Source: Gracilinanus agilis
Taxonomy: Eukaryota
Length of the DNA: 58,280 bases
Assembly: GCF_016433145.1 (NCBI RefSeq)
Contig: NC_058133.1
Span: 474,277,074 to 474,335,353, forward strand
Direction of reading: 5' to 3'
The position numbers and the translations under genes are program-made. The notes under the pieces were generated by a model that was not told where the DNA came from, searched no databases, and saw nothing but the letters and a program-made list of their open reading frames with translations. Shown here in pieces: positions 48,131-58,280 of this stretch (positions are counted from its first letter, which is position 1; every line of letters starts with the position of its first letter).

Positions 48131-51100
48131 TGTGAAATTAATTGTAATTAGTTAAATTGGGATTAAGCCTAGTTAGAGGCAATCACATCTCTGACCTAAC
48201 CCAGACAGGAGCTCTTTGGGCATAGGACCTTAAGAGTGAGGGAGAGCCTATTCTAGGTACTAATGAAGTTGTGACTATCACCTGTTCCTTTGAACCCAAA
48301 TATGGTAGTCACCTAGGCAGTTCCCAAAAGAAAAGACAGCTACTTAATCCTATACTTAGCCTCAGACAAAAGATTCCTAGCCTGCCCTCCATCCAAAGTT
48401 AATTAAATCTTATGGCATACTTAAGGGGACCACACCCTTACTTGTGAATTCTCACACCTTGACCTAAACCCTTAGCCAAAGGAAAACCTAACCAGTAATG
48501 CCATCTACTGACAAAAACTGGAAATAAAAGCAATTTAATAATTAAATTTAAACATATTAAGAAAACCATTCAAATGATTTTTGATAGCATTTCCCAAGCT
48601 GGAACAACATTGTTTCTTTGGTATTTAAATTGGCTCATAATCCCAGAGAATATATCACAGTGGATATACTTAACACTGTTCCTGGGTATGCTTATGATAG
48701 CAGGATATGTAGCCATCCATCTATCTCTCTTTAAGAGAAGATTGCCAAACAGTCTGAATAATCTGCAACACATCCAATATGGGGTTTGTCCACACTATGC
48801 TCAGTGCCAATATGGGGATCCCCAGAGGTGTAACCAAAGTAAATCTAGATGGATGATGATATTGGGGAGGAGAAGGAAATTTAATGATTCTGGAGGTGAC
48901 TTTTTAAGCCCTTTCAGACTCCATTGTTTTATTAATGATTAATTCTTTTTAGTTTTGTTTCCCCTCCATAATAGTGAACAAACAAGTCTTTGTAACATGG
49001 CTATTGGAAATGAAGAAAAAGGACTCTGGAATACAGTGCCAATCCTTTCACATATATTGCATTTACTGATTGTTTTAAGATTTAATTTTGTTTCTTAATT
49101 GTCACTTATATGATGAATGGACTTTATCAAACTGGTTACAACCTGTATTAACAATCTTAAAAAAATTTAATGAGCTAAATATCTCAATTGATTTTCAGAA
49201 ATAATTTTTATTTATTTAGTAGTATATACTACCTCTGATCATTTGCCTGCCTCTGAGTTCTTTGTAACAAGAGGTAAAGGTTATTTAGTAGCTGAAATGA
49301 TTACTATATATTCCCCACCTTCACATTTGTAAAAATGTAATGGATGAGATGTAGAATAGTCTTATACCAAAGGAGCTGGGAAGATGTTCCTAGGGCATGG
49401 TACACCTGGATGGCTCTCAAGAGGGAGCATCTCGAAGGAAGCCTAAATACTTTTCTGCATTTTTTTAAACCCTTCAGCTTATTTTACTCTACTTTACCAG
49501 AATGATCTAAATTCCTGGTATCATTTTAGACCCCCCCAAAAAAAGGGTTTTCATCAACAGTACAGAGGTTTGTGTTTTGGGTTTTTTTCTGGGCTCCTCT
49601 GCCACATTTTGGAATGATGGTATAGACTTTGTTAAAAAATATCTCAGCCAAGATTGAAAGATTTACTACGGCGTAGAATTTATGACAAGTATTCATGAAT
49701 TCAAAGATTTTTTCAAATGTCATGTGGGAAGCCAATAAGAGAATAGATAAAAATCTCAGACTCCTCTTTTGACCCCTTTTGTGATCCTTGTGATTTCTTG
49801 TTGAAAAGTATTGTGGCCTTATTGAAAAGCTTTAAGTTCCTAGCAAACCTGAATTTAAAAGGTTAACACTGTTCCCCTTTGACCAGGAATGCTGCTGCCT
49901 GGTATAGCCAAGGCCAAAACTTTAGCAGGGGCAATTCAACCCTGAGAAAAATATTCCCCAACTTGGCTTTCTGATAAGAATCCAGTCAAAATTCAGCCTT
50001 GGCTTTGGTCTGTTCTGAAGACAATGTTTTGTGTTTTGATATGACATAATTTGTAACTTCTACGAATCTGTGAAGTTCTGGGGGAGGTTCTTTTGTGTGA
50101 AATGAGTCTTGAAATATATATAATAAACTCATGCTTCCAGCTCTGTCACATGCATTGGAGATAATAGTCCATAGAAAAGTAGACACCATTTTTGGATCAC
50201 ATTGAATTCCTGAATTTTTATTTTACTATTGCCTTTTATTTTTCTAATAGAATATTTGATTTTCCTTTTTTTTAATTCCTTGTACTTAAAATACATATAA
50301 TCAATATTAATTTTTGATTCTGCAGTAATATAAGTTTAAAATATATTTTCTCTAATATTAATTCATACCCCAAAGCTTTAGACTAAGGTAACCTATCATT
50401 TATTGATAAATGTTATGGGACTATGATTAATGTTTATGCCCGATTCTAGGAGATGGGATACAAAAGGAGCACAGACTTCATCTGCACAGTGCCATAGAAG
50501 CACAGACTTAAATTGAATAGTGCCATGGAGCACAAGGTCAAAAAAGACCATACCAATCCAACTAGGATTGTTGAACTTTTATGCCAATACTAAAGGACTT
50601 GAACTTAGTGTAAGACTCAAAGTTGCGACGCTTAACATATGTTAAGATGTAAGACTCTTTGTACTACACTGCCAGTTAAGTACCGAAGGTTGGCCATCAT
50701 TGTGGCTCCCCTATCCCTGAGAATGAAGGTAAATCAGACCAGGGAATGACCTTTCCCTTTTACAAAAAAATCTAGTCCTTTTTTCTCTTATGATATGGCA
50801 AATTGCTGGCTGCCAATGGGTAAGTGCAATATTACTGCATTTTGTCCTACAGATTTATGGTACAGAATTTACTTTAATTGAATCCTAATACAAGGGCCTT
50901 TTATGAATTTATTCTTGTTTACTTAAAATTTTACATACATAGATTTTTATATTTTGATTCTCATTTTGAATATTTCTCCCAAAATTTAATTTTATGTTTT
51001 TTATTTTTCTTTTGATAATTGACTCATACACCCCATATCTCAATGATATCTTCTGAGCTGATCTCAGGTTCTTTTTTAAACACCCTCTTCAGGGGGGATT

Positions 51101-52406
51101 GTATTTTTATAAAAATCCAAGTTTCAAAATTTTGTTCGAGAAAATTTTCAGGAAAAGAAGTCTGCTAATGCTTTGAAACCAGAAAATGGACTATTTGCCT
51201 GTAGAAAACTACATTGAATCAAGATGATCCAGAAAAGATGCCTGCAGAAATCTAAAGTTGGATCACATTGCCTAAATAATGGGATCTAACTAGTGAGACA
51301 ATACAATACAATTAAATTGACTGTAATGCAGAGTTGGAAAGGGATATGCATTAGTAACATAAAAGGATTAATGTGCTAAACTAATACTTATTAGACAATA
51401 TTGAGCATCTACTACAACACTTACCTTGATTCTTTGAGAAGGTAGACTGCCTTTGGGTTGTTAAAATATGATTAGTTAGGATGGACAGATTATAAAAAAA
51501 TTGTTTCCACCAGGAATTAGAAGGCAAATAATAAAGATATTTTTTGTTAGTCTTAGAGCCATAGAATTTTAGAGTAAGAAAAAACCTTAGGGTTATCTAG
51601 TCCAATACTGATAAACTGCAATCAATTAAAATACCTATTGAGATTTAAAGTAGTTAAATGACATCGACAAAGTATTTTATGAAAAAATTCAGTTCTGATC
51701 ATATCTTGCCTTCATTCTCAACCCTTTTCCCCTTAGAAACCTTCAAAAGCTGTTCGTTCCTTATCATACTCCTTAATTTGGTGATCAGGAGTGTTAATGA
51801 TTTGGCCTCAGGCTCAATTTTCTAGTCCTTTCTCCTGCTATTTCCCTTCAAATGGACTATGTTCTATCAAAATGGACTACTACATTTTTTGTTTGCCTGA
51901 GACCAATAAAGAATTGAACCATCATTGGGTTACTTAAAATTCTGTAAGAATTTTTTTTTTGCACCAAACAACCCTAAAGAGTAAAGATTTACTTTAAGAT
52001 GGTCCTCAAAGTGTGGGAGGTAAATATGAGGTTCCTTCTATTTCACTGATGAAACTTACTGCCATTTTCCAACCCCACCTACAAGAAAGAAAAAAAATTG
52101 AAAAAATCTTTTCAGCTTACCTAGACTAAAGCAGGCAACTCAGAAGAAGAAGCCTCCTGGTGGGAGATTACAGATGCAGAACAACTGCATAAAATGTCAG
52201 ATTTACTTTGGTATTGGTTAGTTTTGTCAGACTTCTAAAAATATTTTTCTTTGCTATAAGGGATACATATCTATCTGGAAGGGGGATATAGCTAGACATG
52301 TAAATGACAAAATAAAAATTATCAGTAAACATTTTTATAAAATATGTTAAGTTCCCCGAGATGGTTTCAAGAAAAAGTCAATATGGCTGGCTACAGAAAA
52401 TTGATT

Positions 52407-52412
52407 TTTAAT
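52407..52412 (-). terminator. Candidate LIX1L poly(A) signal ATTAAA
   Basis: TTTAAT on +, about 2.1 kb past the stop, at the end of a U-rich 3'UTR-like tract. Confidence 0.4.
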
Positions 52413-54528
52413 CGTATAAAAGTGTGCATACAAAATATGTAGAAAGTAGTAAAAGTTATGACACAAAACTGAAGATGGGCAGTATGAACACTGTCTCAAG
52501 CTCATTTTGATCTAACCAGTAAATAAGACAAAGATCACCAGCTTGTGGCAGATCAAGGGACCAGCTCCCTTTTCTTTCCCAGGGAGAGAGGAACAAGGAG
52601 AAAAGAAGAGACCCAGATGAGGGAGCAAGTAAGTGATTTGGAGATTCAAATACCAAATGAAACAACTAGTCTACTTAGAGGCAATCACATCTCGGATCTT
52701 ACCCTGAGCAGGAGCTCTTTACATTTGTCTGTATTTGGGGCAGAGGTGGGGGGGTTGGGGATTGGGGAAGGGAAGTAGGACCTCAAGAGTGAGGGAGAAC
52801 CCATTCCAGGTGCTAAAGAAGTTGTGACTATCACTTGTAACTTGTGGCCCATATATAGTAGTCACCTGGACATCTCCCAAATAAAAAGAGTTGGTCATCT
52901 CACCTAAAGGAGGAAGTTGGGCTATATTGCCTAATCATTCTAAAAGTGAAAATTACGACTGAACAAGATTAAATGAGCTTCAACCAAAGAAAACTGCAAA
53001 AAAACAAAATGATTCTCCAAGCCTAATTTTAAAAGTGCATTCACAGTGATATATGATAATGTAAAGGAGGTTGTAGAAGCAAATAAAAAAAAAACCCTCC
53101 AGGCCACAAAGTTAATTTTTTGGTGCCCTTCCAGAAAATTCTTCCTATATTTCCTCAGGGGAGAGTGAGGTGGGAAAACTCCCTAGTGAAAAGAAACACA
53201 ATTAGGATTTCTGAGACAAGCAGCTGGTCCTGGATCTCTTTCCCCAAACATTCCAGATTGGAAATCCAACCAGATCATTGGCCAGTTCGGTTTACTGAAC
53301 AGCTCTGTCATGGTGGTCAACTGAGAGGAAGAGAAAGAATTCTGAATCATGGTAAGAGGCAACAGCATGTGGTAGTAGAAGTTCTGGACTTCAGACATGA
53401 GTTCCAATTCCAGTTCCAACTTTTGAGTCTCCGTTTCTTCATTCAAAAAATGATGATACTACTACTTATACTACCTACTTACTACTTTAAAGGGTTGTAA
53501 GGAAAATGCTTTATAATATTTAAAGCATCATATAAATGTGTGCAACTACTACTACTAGAATATTGTCAATATGTAAAACAGCAGCTATTTAGAGGAAGAA
53601 GAAAAGTCTCCCACAAGTGAAAACATCCTTTCTAAGGAACAAAGTAATGGGAGGAACATATATGTACATATACATATATATATCAATATCATGGGTATGT
53701 TTCATTGAGCATACAGCTTGTGTTGTCTCTAGAGAGCAAAGAGCCCCTAAGCCAGCATTGGGTGTAAATCAAAAGGGTAGGGAGAAGGAGAGGATAAGAA
53801 ATAGAAATTTCAGAATCCATAACCCAGACTCTGTAGGGTGAACTGTATAAAATATCTGGTTTGTTGGAGTAATACAGATTCGTCTTGATAGGAGCTTGGA
53901 TTGGTAGTGACATCCAAGTTATACTTAGGATCACACTTCATCTCCCCTGGCCTTTTTCGGGAGTCAAGTACACGTAAGAAGTTAGGCATCCCTGTCCTGA
54001 ACAGGAATGAGGAATGGCAGGATGTGATAGGAATGACTTGGTCTTGAAGAGGTCCATTTCTAGGCAATCCAAAGCCTGAAGTTTCATACTCTTAGGTACC
54101 CTGTTTAAATCAAAGGGGAAGGAGGCACTGGGGCTGGGATAGGAGGACAGTGAGCTTGAGCTCAAAGTTCTTACAAAATGGCTATGTTTTTCAAAGGTTG
54201 ACAGAGGTCCCTATACAAAAAAAAAAAAAAAAAAAAGCTCAAAAACCTCTTTTCAGTAACTTGAGAACTTGGTATTATAAGAGTCCATTGATGTCCATAG
54301 GTTGCCCCTAGAGACCTCCATGTAGAGTGGAGGATATGTTTCAAATGAAACAATTACAGAAAAGATCAGGAAAGAAGAAAATGGTTTTCCTGGACAGATA
54401 GGAAATCAGATCTAGATTTAGTGTTTTTTAAAGTGTAAAAAATGAGTGTCTTTACAGAAATTTTTCTGAGTCTTAGAAAATAGATGTGCAAACAGAGGCT
54501 CGGAGAGGTGTGGTAGGGGTAGGAATAT

Positions 54529-58280
<3,752 letters not shown>

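Noticed and set aside
50465-50535. About 30-bp imperfect tandem repeat (AGCACAGACTT...AGTGCCAT), 2.3 copies
   Set aside because: Ordinary microduplication with no further structure.

Overview
Mammalian genomic DNA, almost certainly marsupial and most likely Monodelphis domestica (inferred from SINE-1/2_MD-like and MAR1-like repeats). It is orthologous to part of the human 1q21.1 TAR-syndrome interval. I traced five protein-coding genes exon by exon, with GT-AG sites and consistent phases: ITGA10 (-, 30 exons, 1165 aa), PEX11B (-, 4 exons, 259 aa), an intact GNRHR2 (+, 3 exons, 377 aa), RBM8A (-, 6 exons, 174 aa) and the last four coding exons of LIX1L (-). The rest is SINE/MIR/L1/L2/CR1 relics, two CpG-island promoters, a 28-bp minisatellite, microsatellites and three N gaps. 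The most interesting observations are: (1) two uORFs chained to the GNRHR2 start by successive ATGA stop/start overlaps; (2) a sharply bounded GC/CpG-rich domain over the 3' half of ITGA10 that looks like GC-biased gene conversion; (3) a distal RBM8A poly(A) site that would make its 3'UTR antisense to an intact GNRHR2; (4) a MIR-like MGKL alternative first exon candidate in PEX11B. Repeat family names and boundaries are by eye and approximate. Human comparisons are from memory, not from database searches.
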